DNA of 64,000 nucleotides, taken from NCBI GenBank assembly GCA_963757975.1, contig CAVWUD010000037.1:1095-65094 (forward strand). The letters are read 5' to 3'. The notes beneath the pieces are model-generated. The model was given only the letters and a program-made list of their open reading frames with translations, was not told where the DNA came from and made no database searches. Numbering within the stretch: the first letter of the stretch is position 1; each line of letters begins with the position of its first letter. Source of the DNA: an uncultured Bacteroidota bacterium (GTDB taxonomy: Bacteria > Bacteroidota > Bacteroidia > Chitinophagales > Chitinophagaceae). Positions 37,219 through 48,062 of the stretch are shown here, piece by piece. The position numbers and the translations under genes are program-made.

Positions 37219-39738
37219 TTATCTTTTGGTTGAATTGAGTGCAATGATATTAGCAAGCAGGCGATAGGCTCCCGGAACACCTGCAGGAAGCTCTCTGAAA
37301 AAGACAAGGCCCGTATAGGTAAAATTTCCTTTCCCATAAGTGGCAGTAATAAGACTGCCATTCTGATCAGGTTCTCCTGTATCATGCATAGAAAAAATGG
37401 CCTGGTAGCCCGGGTCAAAATGTTGCGCGAAATATATTCCTCTTTCCTGGATCCATCCGTCAAAATCTTTATCACTGATCTCATTAGGATAATGAAGAAC
37501 AGGATGTGAAGGATTCAGAAAATGAACTGAAGCGTTTTCTTCCGTGACCCTGGCATTGGAAATTCCAAAAGGAAATGGCCCGATGCCCGTAGCATCCGTT
37601 CCCTGGTTCCGATTATATTGAACAATCAGGTTTCCACCGTTTTTTATATAGTTCATCAGCACCGGATATTTTCCGGATAACCAGTCGTGCACATCGTAAG
37701 CCCGCACTCCCGCGATAACTGCATCCAGGTTTTTTAATCCTTCTTCCGTCACAGAATTTTCATCTAATTTGACAACTGTATATCCCATAGCCGTTAAAGC
37801 ATCCGGAACCTTATCACCCGCTCCCTCAATGTATCCAATCCTGGTACCTGCGATCTTCAGGTCGACTGAAACAATGGTTGTGCTGGCTGGTTTGAAATAA
37901 TCAATTCTGGGAATATGTTCGTAAGAAATAGTGCGGCATTGAAGAACCGTATCTGAAACACCCTGATGTAAATTGGTGACCCAGGTCTCCTGATCCAAAT
38001 CTTTCTGCTCATAAGATTTCAACCAGAAGTTTTGCCATTTTATATTAACCGATAATTTTCTGGTCTCAATACCTTTCAAAGGAGTGATGGATATAGCCGG
38101 AGATGCATTTTCGGTTTTGTTTTCTGTTGTAATACCGGTCGTATGAATGGAAGATTTTTCTTCATCAGGATATTTCATCGCTTTTTCCTGGATTACGACT
38201 GATAAAGCCTGTTCTTTTCCTTTGGTAAAAACAAGCAGGGACGGATCGCAGTAAGCCATTAAGGCCGGCACGATCGTCAAAGGCTGATATGATTCGCCTT
38301 TTACTGCGTCTGTATATTTGTAATTCACTCTCTGCCTGATTAAAAATGATTCGTTGTAAAGTGTTATACTGAAAACGGCTTCTAATGAAGGTATATTCTC
38401 AGGGTCACCGATCAGCGTCTGGTCATGTACGTTATATGATCCGGGTGACATAGGTTCGACCAGCCAGTATGGTTGTGAAATGGGTAAATCTTTTAATGAA
38501 ATCCCGCGAACAATGGAATAATTCACCCCATACTGCAATGGCTGGTTCCAATTTGTATCCTGTTGATTCATACTCACTGAATTCACCATTATTGATACGG
38601 GAGAACGGTTAATTACCCGCAGTGTAACAGGAATATTCTGGTTCTGTATCGCATAAGCCCGTGGCACGGTTGCTTCCATATATAATCCGCTGCAAGCCTG
38701 GATGAGTAAAATTATTTCTTTTAGTTTTTCTTCGCGCCAGTAACCTGCTGGCAATCCTTTTATGTTTTTATAAATAACCACCAGAGTTTGTAATGACTGG
38801 TATGGTGCTGAGGGATTATAGTTTTCTATCAGTTTATCAATCTGCTTAATAATAGATGCTCCATTGGGAATCCGGCTCCAGGTACAATTTATATTCTGCA
38901 TGAGCGAAGAATCAGCCTTTTCTCCTTCTGTCAGAGAAAAATATTCCAAACTATTTCCTCTTGAGTGTGCAATGCCAAAACCCTGGGAACGGTGCTGACT
39001 GCGGCTGTCTGCTGCTATCTCACCATAACTTTTCCCGAGTAGCGGGTTAAACCCGCCTACTTCTATTTTCAGCTGGTCGTCCCTGGTCGTATTGACTGAG
39101 CCAAAATTATAATTGTTCCAGAACAAACGTTTGGCCTGCCACGGATGCACTCCATAATTAAACTGTTCAGGAAATTGTTTTGGATCTGCCGCAGCGCTGA
39201 ATGCCAGACGTGCGAGAACAGAAGAGGCGGAATGTTGTCCGTGACCTGCCCGTTTATCTTCAGGAAATCTTGTGATAATGATATCCGGCTGGAACTTTCT
39301 TATGATCCATACCACATCACTTAATATTTTTTGTTCATCCCATAGCCGGAGAGATTCTGCCGTGGTTTTAGAGAACCCAAAATCGTAGGCCCTTGAAAAA
39401 AACTGTTCGGCTCCATCCAAACGTCTTGCTGCCAACAGTTCCTGTGTCCTGATCAGTCCAAGTTCAATGCCCTGTTCATCCCCGATGAGATTTTGTCCGC
39501 CATCCCCTCTTGTGAGCGAGAGATAGCCTGTCCGGTATAATTTTTCCTGGGAAAGCCAGGCCAGCAGCCTGGTGTTTTCATCATCCGGGTGGGCCGCAAT
39601 ATATAAAACGGATCCCAGCACTTCTAACTTTTTCATCCGGAGCAGTATCTCAGAAGAGTTGATCGTTTCGGGCATTTGAGCGGGCACATATTCTGAAACC
39701 AGAAGGAATACGAATATGTTGATTAAGAAAATTTTCAT
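37219..39738 (-). CDS. PIG-L/LmbE family deacetylase, secreted, multidomain
   Basis: Signal peptide; AAHPDDE, LTRGDGGQN, RTQEL, GHGQH; C-terminal GYIEGAGD and WIQERG...FFRELP domain. Confidence 0.88.
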   Translation of the reverse strand: MKIFLINIFVFLLVSEYVPAQMPETINSSEILLRMKKLEVLGSVLYIAAHPDDENTRLLAWLSQEKLYRTGYLSLTRGDGGQNLIGDEQGIELGLIRTQELLAARRLDGAEQFFSRAYDFGFSKTTAESLRLWDEQKILSDVVWIIRKFQPDIIITRFPEDKRAGHGQHSASSVLARLAFSAAADPKQFPEQFNYGVHPWQAKRLFWNNYNFGSVNTTRDDQLKIEVGGFNPLLGKSYGEIAADSRSQHRSQGFGIAHSRGNSLEYFSLTEGEKADSSLMQNINCTWSRIPNGASIIKQIDKLIENYNPSAPYQSLQTLVVIYKNIKGLPAGYWREEKLKEIILLIQACSGLYMEATVPRAYAIQNQNIPVTLRVINRSPVSIMVNSVSMNQQDTNWNQPLQYGVNYSIVRGISLKDLPISQPYWLVEPMSPGSYNVHDQTLIGDPENIPSLEAVFSITLYNESFLIRQRVNYKYTDAVKGESYQPLTIVPALMAYCDPSLLVFTKGKEQALSVVIQEKAMKYPDEEKSSIHTTGITTENKTENASPAISITPLKGIETRKLSVNIKWQNFWLKSYEQKDLDQETWVTNLHQGVSDTVLQCRTISYEHIPRIDYFKPASTTIVSVDLKIAGTRIGYIEGAGDKVPDALTAMGYTVVKLDENSVTEEGLKNLDAVIAGVRAYDVHDWLSGKYPVLMNYIKNGGNLIVQYNRNQGTDATGIGPFPFGISNARVTEENASVHFLNPSHPVLHYPNEISDKDFDGWIQERGIYFAQHFDPGYQAIFSMHDTGEPDQNGSLITATYGKGNFTYTGLVFFRELPAGVPGAYRLLANIIALNSTKR

Positions 39739-39857
39739 CAGGAATAAGCATCTTTAGTATTCGCCAAATTAATGAATCCCTGATGAAACACCTCGCGTTA
39801 TTATTTTGGCGGTAATTCAAACAGAACACTTCATTACTTTTGCATAATATTTTTCTA

Positions 39858-41567
39858 ATGATTACAAATTTGAAAGTAAAACATGTACTATCCTTAATAA
39901 TCATTATTTGTTTTTTATCTGTAAGTGCTCAACAGGATCCCAAAATATATTATCACTCTGTAAAGCATGTAACATGCAGGAATGGGGCCGTGGTTTCTGC
40001 TCATCCACTGGCAAGCCGGGCGGGCGTTCAAATCCTGAAAGAAGGAGGCAATGCAATGGACGCTGCTATTGCAACACAACTGGCACTGGCAGTGGTATAC
40101 CCGGCGGCGGGTAATCTTGGAGGAGGCGGCTTTATGGTAGCCCGCTTATCAGACGGTAAAAATGTTACCATTGATTTCAGGGAAAAAGCTCCTGCGGCCG
40201 CAAGCAGGAATATGTATCTGGATGAAAAGGAAAATGTGATTCCAGGCAGAAGTGAGGATGGGCACCTCGCGGCAGGAGTTCCCGGAACTGTTGCCGGCAT
40301 ATTTGCATATTACAAATATGCGAAGCTGCCTTTTGCCAAATTAATTCAGCCGGCTATTGATCTGGCCGAAAAAGGATTTCCCATAACCATTTCTGAAGCG
40401 AATGAACTGAATGAAACCCAGGAAGATTTTAAAAAGTATAATACCGTCACGCCAGTCTTCGTAAAAGATACCCGATGGAAAGCCGGAGATATTTTGATAC
40501 AGAAAGATCTCGCGGAGACCCTTAAACGTATCCGCGACAATGGGGCCAAAGGTTTTTATGAAGGTGAAACTGCTCGATTGATTTTAGAAGAAATGAAAAG
40601 GGGCAAAGGGCTGATCAGTTATAAAGACCTGAAGGACTATACTGCCATTAACAGGGAGCCTGTTGTGTTTACATATAAAAACGATTACACCCTGATTACC
40701 ATGCCGCTTCCATCCAGCGGTGGTGTTCTTTTGCCACAGATGATGCGGATGGTAGAAGACAGAAATTTGAAAGAATGGGGTTTTGAAACAGTTCCATCCG
40801 TTCATTTAATGGCTGAAGTGGAAAGGCTGGCTTACGCCGATCGTGCAAAATATCTGGGAGATGTGGATTATTTTAAGGTTCCGGTAAAAACACTTATCAG
40901 TTATCCATATGCCAGGGAGAGAATGAAAAAATTCAATATGGATTCTGCAGGAAATAGTGAATTCACAGGTGCAGGAATAATACCGGAAAGTGACGAGACG
41001 ACACATTTCGATACGTACGATAAATATGGAAACTGTGTTTCCATAACCACTACCCTGAATGGCGGTTACGGATGCCGCACCGTTGTTGGAGGTGCCGGAT
41101 TTTTTCTTAACAATGAAATGGATGATTTCAGTGTCAAACCAGGTGTACCCAATATGTACGGTGCCGTTGGTGGCGAAGCCAATGCCATCGCCCCGGGAAA
41201 AAGAATGTTGAGTTCAATGACTCCGACTATTGCATTATTCAAAGGCAAACCTTTCCTGGTTCTCGGAACACCGGGTGGTACAACTATTACCACTTCTGTT
41301 TTTCAAACCCTTACAGATATCATTGAATTTGGCATGTCCGCATCGGATGCAGTCAATAAACCTAAATTTCATCACCAATGGCTGCCGGATACACTGTACG
41401 TTGAAAAGGACTTTCCTGAAGATGTTTCCATTCAATTACAGAAAATGGGATATCATATCAAGAGCAGGGGAGCCATTGGCCGAACTGAGGTGATCCGGAT
41501 TTTCCCAACCGGAGAAATCGAAGGCGTTGCAGACTGGCGTGGTGATGATGATGCCGAAGGCTATTAG
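39858..41567 (+). CDS. ggt: Gamma-glutamyltransferase (canonical)
   Basis: GGNAMDAA, GNLGGGGF, DFREKAP, catalytic ETTH, LNNEMDDF, RMLSSMTP, GTPGG. Confidence 0.95.
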   Translation: MITNLKVKHVLSLIIIICFLSVSAQQDPKIYYHSVKHVTCRNGAVVSAHPLASRAGVQILKEGGNAMDAAIATQLALAVVYPAAGNLGGGGFMVARLSDGKNVTIDFREKAPAAASRNMYLDEKENVIPGRSEDGHLAAGVPGTVAGIFAYYKYAKLPFAKLIQPAIDLAEKGFPITISEANELNETQEDFKKYNTVTPVFVKDTRWKAGDILIQKDLAETLKRIRDNGAKGFYEGETARLILEEMKRGKGLISYKDLKDYTAINREPVVFTYKNDYTLITMPLPSSGGVLLPQMMRMVEDRNLKEWGFETVPSVHLMAEVERLAYADRAKYLGDVDYFKVPVKTLISYPYARERMKKFNMDSAGNSEFTGAGIIPESDETTHFDTYDKYGNCVSITTTLNGGYGCRTVVGGAGFFLNNEMDDFSVKPGVPNMYGAVGGEANAIAPGKRMLSSMTPTIALFKGKPFLVLGTPGGTTITTSVFQTLTDIIEFGMSASDAVNKPKFHHQWLPDTLYVEKDFPEDVSIQLQKMGYHIKSRGAIGRTEVIRIFPTGEIEGVADWRGDDDAEGY

Positions 41568-41582
41568 GCGTAAGGCGTAAGC
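41565..41582. repeat. Short heptamer remnant (TAAGGCG-like) at the ggt stop
   Basis: taggcg taaggcg taagc, resembling the 16379 tract. Confidence 0.45.
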
Positions 41583-41631
41583 TTGATGATTCAGCATGCT
41601 TTTTGTACTTTAGCCAATCTAATCTTCGTAT

Positions 41632-44600
41632 CTGAAAAATGCCGGTAAAATAGTACGCAGGACGTTGCTCACCCTCCTCCTTCTCCTGGTTTTCCTATGG
41701 GCAATCATCCATACTCATCCGGTCCAAAACTGGCTTCTGACAAGGGTTACAAGTACGCTTTCAAGAAACCTCCATGCAGAAGTTTCAATAAAGGATATAG
41801 ACTTTTCGCTATTCAATAAAATGAAGCTGAATGGCGTATTGGTGAAAGACCAGAAAGGAGACACCCTTTTATCTTCGGGTCAGGTTCGGGTTAATATCAC
41901 CGATTGGTTCTTCTTGAAGGATAAAATTGAGTTAAAATACATTGGACTTACAGATACCTACCTGCATTTATATCGAAGTGATTCCGTTTGGAATTATCAA
42001 TTTCTTGCAGACTATTTTGGTTCAGGGCCTTCATCAGATAAAAAAACCATTCAACTGCAAATTCGTGATATCGATATCTCCAAACTTCATTTGATAAAAC
42101 AGGACGCATGGCGGGGTGAGGATATGGAACTCAATCTTGGCACATTGACGATGGACGCAGAGCAACTGGATTTAAATAGTAAAAAAGCATTGATTCATTT
42201 ATTAAAAATCACCGAACCTGATTTTTCAATACGTGGATATAATGGCAAACGCCCGCATCCTGTTAATGACAGTTCTGTAATTGTAAACGACCCGCTTCAC
42301 CTGCGATGGAATCCAGCGGACTGGAATATTGTCGCCAGGCATGTGATCATTGAGAATGGTTCTTTCAGCGATGACAAAATACTGGATAAAAATATTTCTA
42401 CAGTTTTTGACAGCTATCATATGCATTTTTCAAACATTCAGGGTGATTTCAAAGATGTTTCAATTGCAAAAGATAGCATCAGGGCAAAAATGCGTTTATC
42501 GACAAGAGAAAAATCCGGATTGAATGTTCAACAACTATCCGCATCCATTAAATTTTATCCGGAAGGGATGGAATTTTCCAACTTTGATCTGAATACCGGT
42601 AAAAGCCATCTCCGGAATTACTTTGCAATGCACTTTAAAAGTTTTGATGATCTTTCAGATTTCACAACTAAGGTGAAAATGGAAGCTGATTTTTCAAATG
42701 CTACCATCGACAGCGACGATATTGCATTTTTTTCCTCCGACCTTAAAACCTGGAAGAAAAATATTCTGATAACCGGTAAAATAAAAGGTTCGATATCTGA
42801 TATTGCAGGGAAAAATATCAGGATAAATGCCGGCTTGCATACCGAATTAAACGGGGATATTCATTTAACAGGATTACCCGATATAAATAAAACTTTCATT
42901 GATTTCAAATCGAATAATTTTCGCAGTACTTACCGCGATATCATCACTTTCATTCCTTCACTCAAAAAAATCGAAAACCCAAGAATAGACAGAATTGAAA
43001 ATCTCCGTTTCGTTGGTAATTTTCAGGGAACAGTACAACATTTTGTTACATCAGGTACCATTGAGACAAATCTCGGAACCCTGGTCACTAATGTAAGCAT
43101 GCAATTGCCTTTGGACCGGCCGGCGGTTTATTCGGGTAATATACTTACCAACGATTTTCAGCTAGGCAGGTTTTTAGAAGACAGCAGCCTGGGAAAGATT
43201 TCATTTAATGGAAAAATTCAGGGCAGGGGACTTGCATTGAATACGATTAATGCGAGTCTCGATGGAAACATCAGGGAATTCAGTTATCAGGGATATACCT
43301 ACGAGGATATTTTTGTAAATGGCCAGGTCACAAAAAAAAGATTTAACGGGGAAATAATTTCCAATGATTCCAACCTGCACGCCACCCTGGTCGGCCTCAT
43401 AGATTACAGTCAGGCTATTCCCAAATTCGACTTTAATGCTGACAGTAGACAATGCAAATCTTCTCCCGCTTCATTTTACTAAGGACAGTATTAATTTCAA
43501 TGGCAAACTGCGATTTAATTTTACAGGAAATGATATTGACCACTTTTTAGGTAAGGCAAGAATTTTTGACGCATCTATTTATAAAAGAGGATCCCGTATG
43601 TCGTTTGATTCGCTGGTGGTTGAATCCAATATCATCGACAGCAGCAAAACGATTACTGTTATGAGTAATGAATTTGAAGGAGCCATCGTGGGTGAATTTT
43701 CCATTAAAAAACTGCCGGCGTCCTTTCAGGAATTTCTCCACAGGTATTATCCCAGTTATATCAAGCCAAACACGGTAAATCTGAGCAAAGAAAAATTCAG
43801 CTTCGTAATTACAACACGCCAGGTAGATCCATATCTGGACCTCTTTACAAAAAACATGCGGGGTTTCAATAATACCAATATCAACGGACGTATCAACAGT
43901 GATCAAAACCTGCTCAATGTAAACGCTGATGTACCACAATTCAACTATAAAAATATTTCTTTTTATAAAGTTGAACTGAAAGGAAACGGGAACTATGACA
44001 GCCTTTCACTTGAAACCAATATCGGAGAAGTTTACGTAAATGACAGTCTTCATTTCCCTTTAACTCATATTCAGCTGCGTTCATTCAATGATATTTCCGA
44101 CGTAAAAATTAGTACCAGTGCGAATCAGACATTAAATGCCGCCAACGTTTCTGCCCGTGTTGAGACCCTGACTGACGGAGTAAAAATAAAATTTAATCCT
44201 TCCACATTCGATATCAACAGTAAAACCTGGACAATAGACAAAAACGGGGAATTACTTTTCAGTAAAAATATTGTGGCAGCAGAATCGGTCAGGATATACA
44301 GCGGGGAGCAACAGTTTCTGATAAGTACAACTCCTTCAGGTGAGGGAAACTGGAATGATATGCATCTGGAATTGCATAGGATAAATATTGGTGATTTTGC
44401 TCCCTTCTTTATCAAAGATGAAAGAGTAGAGGGGGTGCTGACAGGTAATGTTGATATAACGGATCCATTTAATCATACATATGCACGGTTTAATGGAACG
44501 GCTGAATATTTTCGGGTTTCCAACGACTCCGTGGGGAAAATAAGTCTGACAGCAGACTATAGCAAACAAACCGGTATCGTGAATGGAACGGTGAATTCAG

Positions 44601-46401
44601 ATAATAAAGATTACCATTTCGATCTGAAAGGAATTTTCAACACCAGCGATAGTGCCAGGCAACCTATCAACATCACTATCCCGAATATGGTGAATACTAA
44701 AATCGACCTGCTGGAAAAATATATCGGCGCCATTTTCAGTAATGTAACAGGATATGCCACTGGTTCATTACAGATTGTCGGGCCCGGCGACAGTTTGAAT
44801 TATATTGGCGATATTAAACTGACCGATGCCAGGCTGCATGTAATTTATACCCGTTGTACCTACCATATTCCTTCAGCCATGGTTCATTTACGTGCAGACC
44901 AGATAGATTTCGGATCATTTCAGATCCTGGATTCCCTTGGTAACACTGCAGAAGTAACCAGAGGAAAATTATATCACCATTCCTTCCGAGATCTTAGTTT
45001 ACGATTTCGGTATAGAACAAATAAACTTTTACTGCTCAATACCCGAATAACCGACAATAACCAGTTTTTTGGAACGATGATCGGAAAAGCAAACCGGAAT
45101 CTTTCGGCCCGCAGGAAGATCTCCAGATGTATATTAAGGGGGAACCTACAGACAGTTCAAATATATACCTCCCGACGAATACCAGCCGCGAGAGCGCCGA
45201 TGCAGATTTTATAGTCTGGAAAGTATACGGGAAGGAAATGAAAAATCAGAAACTGGTTTCATCAACAAATAATTTCACGGTGAATCTGGATGTTACAGCA
45301 AATAACTATGCAAATGTTTATCTTATTATTGACCCTCTGACCAAAGATATCATCAAGGCAACCGGCCATGGCAATCTCCAGATGCGGGTTGGTACCAATG
45401 AGGATATGAGCATTCGGGGTTTATATGTGATAGATCATGGAAATTATAATTTTTCTTTCCAGTCTTTCATCAAGAAGCCATTTGAATTCATGCAGGGAAC
45501 GGAAAATTTTATCCGTTGGTCCGGTGATCCTTATGATGCTGATATAAATATTCAGGCCGTATACGAAGCAGAAAATATACAGTTTAATGATTTAAAAGAA
45601 GAAACTAAAGGATCCACTGCACTGACGGGAACACAAAAAATTATATCGGACCCATATGGGTGGTTGCATCACTTAAGGATAAACTCATGCATCCTTCCAT
45701 TAGTTTTGAATTACAGCTTCCGCCTAAAAGCGAATTGCGCAATGATATAAATGCACAATGGACATTGGACAGGATTAACAGTGATCCGGGGGAACTGAAT
45801 AAACGGTTGCATTTCTATTGGTTTTTAACAGCTTTGGTCCGACGAGTACAAGTTCAGCGGCCTTTTCAGCAAATGATGCTGCCGCCGGAATATTCGTTTC
45901 CAGTATTTCCAGTTATATTTCGAGTGCATTAAGTACTCAATTCTCCAGTTATTTTCAAAGGGTATTTAAAGACAAAAGTATCAGGGTAAATTTCAATACT
46001 GCTTTTTATAATGGAACGGCGCTTGAAACGAATGAACAAACCGAATAGCATCTACATACGACCGTACGAATCTCAATCTTTCCGTTATTAAAAGTTTCCT
46101 CAATGAACGTCTGACTTTCACTGTAGGTAGTGCTCTTGATTTTGGACTTACCACTCAGCAGGCCACTTATGCTGCAGTTCAGTTTCTCCCTACGGTTACG
46201 GCTGAATGGAAGCTAACTGAAAACGGGCGTGTTGTACTTACATTTTTTTACAGGGACTCATATAATTACCTCTCACTCGGAAACCATACGATGAACAGCT
46301 CCGGAACAAGCATTTCTTACCGTCGGGATTTCGACAACCTTGATGAGCTGTTGAAAAAGAAGAAGAAGAAAACAACGGACAATACAGAGGCGAAAAACTG
46401 A
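41632..46401 (+). CDS. TamB/AsmA-like large periplasmic protein (several frameshifts; start uncertain)
   Basis: N-terminal TM anchor, long beta-rich body, DUF490-like end (DIIKATGHGNL, GNYNFSF, IRWSGDPYDADINIQAVY); fragments continue to a stop at 46399-46401. Confidence 0.8.
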
Positions 46402-46403
46402 AA

Positions 46404-46550
46404 GTATGGGTATGGGAGTATGGGAGTGAAGAACTCATTGAGAGGTCCGAAACTAATAACTCTTATTTTAAAAATTTTAATGAGATCAACTTATTTGAGT
46501 GCTAAAGTTCCACACTCCCATACTCCCATACTCCCATACTCCCATACTTT
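46404..46550. repeat. Inverted octamer element (GTATGGGA)x2-3, spacer, (TCCCATAC)x4 between convergent genes
   Basis: gtatgg gtatggga gtatggga gtg at 46404-46428; tcccatac x4 at 46516-46547. Confidence 0.9.
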
Positions 46551-46552
46551 CC

Positions 46553-47750
46553 TCATTCCTGCAGCTCATGTCCCAGTTTATCCCTTTTGGTATTCAGATA
46601 ACGTTCGTTATGAGGATTGGAAGGAATCTGAATAGGAATGGTTTCAACGATTTCCAGTCCATAACCTGCCAGCCCTGAACGTTTCTTCGGATTATTACTT
46701 ATTAATTTGAGTCTGCTTACACCCAGATAGCGCAGGATCTGGGCTCCTACTCCATAATCCCTTTTATCCATTGGGAAACCCAAATGTAAATTTGCTTCCA
46801 CGGTATCCATTCCTTCCTCCTGCAGCTTATAAGCTTTCAGTTTATTCAAAAGGCCGATGCCCCACCTTCCTGATTCATATAAAGAATAATCCCTTTTTTA
46901 TTAGCTTCTACCATTTGCATGGCTTTATGCAGCTGCTCTCCACAATCACATCGAAGTGATCCGAGAATATCCCCTGTAAAACAGGAAGAGTGAACTCTTA
47001 CCAAAACAGCTTCATTTTCTTTCCATTCCCCCTTGTACAATGCCAGGTGCTCATTGGAAGTATTTTTCTCTCTGAAAGCAATGAGTTTGAAATGACCGAA
47101 CCTGGTGGGCATATCCACACGAACAATCTCTTCTATCAGAGAATCCGTTTTTAAGCGGTATTCGATCAGGTCACGGATTGAAATCAGTTTAAAATCAAAC
47201 CGTTTTGCAATTTCTTTAAGTTCCGGCAGCCTGGCCATACTCCCATCCTCATTCATGATTTCCACGAAAATTCCTGCAGCTTCGAAACCTGCCAGCCGGG
47301 CGAGATCGATGGTTGCTTCCGTATGTCCTGCCCTTCTAAGCACACCGCCTTTTTTTGCACGCAAAGGGAAAATATGTCCGGGTCTGCCCAGATCTCCTGG
47401 TTTTGTTGCAGGATTTATCAATGCCTGTATGGTCAGGGCCCGGTCATGGGCTGAAATACCGGTTGTACAACCATGGCCCAGCAGGTCTACTGAAACAGTA
47501 AAAGCAGTTTCATGCAATGCCGTATTATTATTCACCATGAGTTCCAGACCCAGTTCATCGCAACGTTCCTCAATCAGTGGTGCACAAATAAGTCCCCTTC
47601 CATATTTACTCATGAAGTTGATTACTTCCGGTGTTGCATTCCGTGCAGCAGTAATAAAATCCCCTCATTTTCTCGGTCTTCATCATCTACCACAATCACC
47701 AGACGACCCTGACGTATGGCTTCTATCGCATCTTCAATTCTGTCTAACAT
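46553..47750 (-). CDS. ribBA: Bifunctional DHBP synthase / GTP cyclohydrolase II (frameshifts near 47660 and 46860)
   Basis: MLDRIEDAI...[42 protein letters not shown]...[28 protein letters not shown]. Confidence 0.93.
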
Positions 47751-47767
47751 GAAATTTAATTTATTGA

Positions 47768-47775
47768 CAAAGTTA
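47768..47775 (-). promoter_or_regulatory. -7 box (TAACTTTG) for ribBA
   Basis: TAnnTTTG match 17 nt upstream of the ATG. Confidence 0.55.
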
Positions 47776-48062
47776 CAATTTATCATTGCCTTTACATAGG
47801 CCGCTTAATTCATTGATTTACAACGAACATTAGCTTTAAAAAAATGAATCTGAAGAAATCAGATATGAATGTTAATAAAAATATTCCAATAAAAAATTTA
47901 ACGTTTGATTTTTTTCTTTTCTTTATTAAATATTTTTCTTCCGATTGCTTCCCAGGCCGTTCCTTCTATCAGCTGCTTTTGCTTTGTTAATATTTATTTA
48001 ATCTGTTATCTGTTCATTGTCTTTTCAGGTGATTTTATTTTACAACCAAAACCAATCGCATT

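Noticed and set aside
47751-47800. FMN riboswitch upstream of ribBA
   Set aside because: The putative promoter is only 17 nt from the start codon, leaving no room, and no RFN motif is visible.
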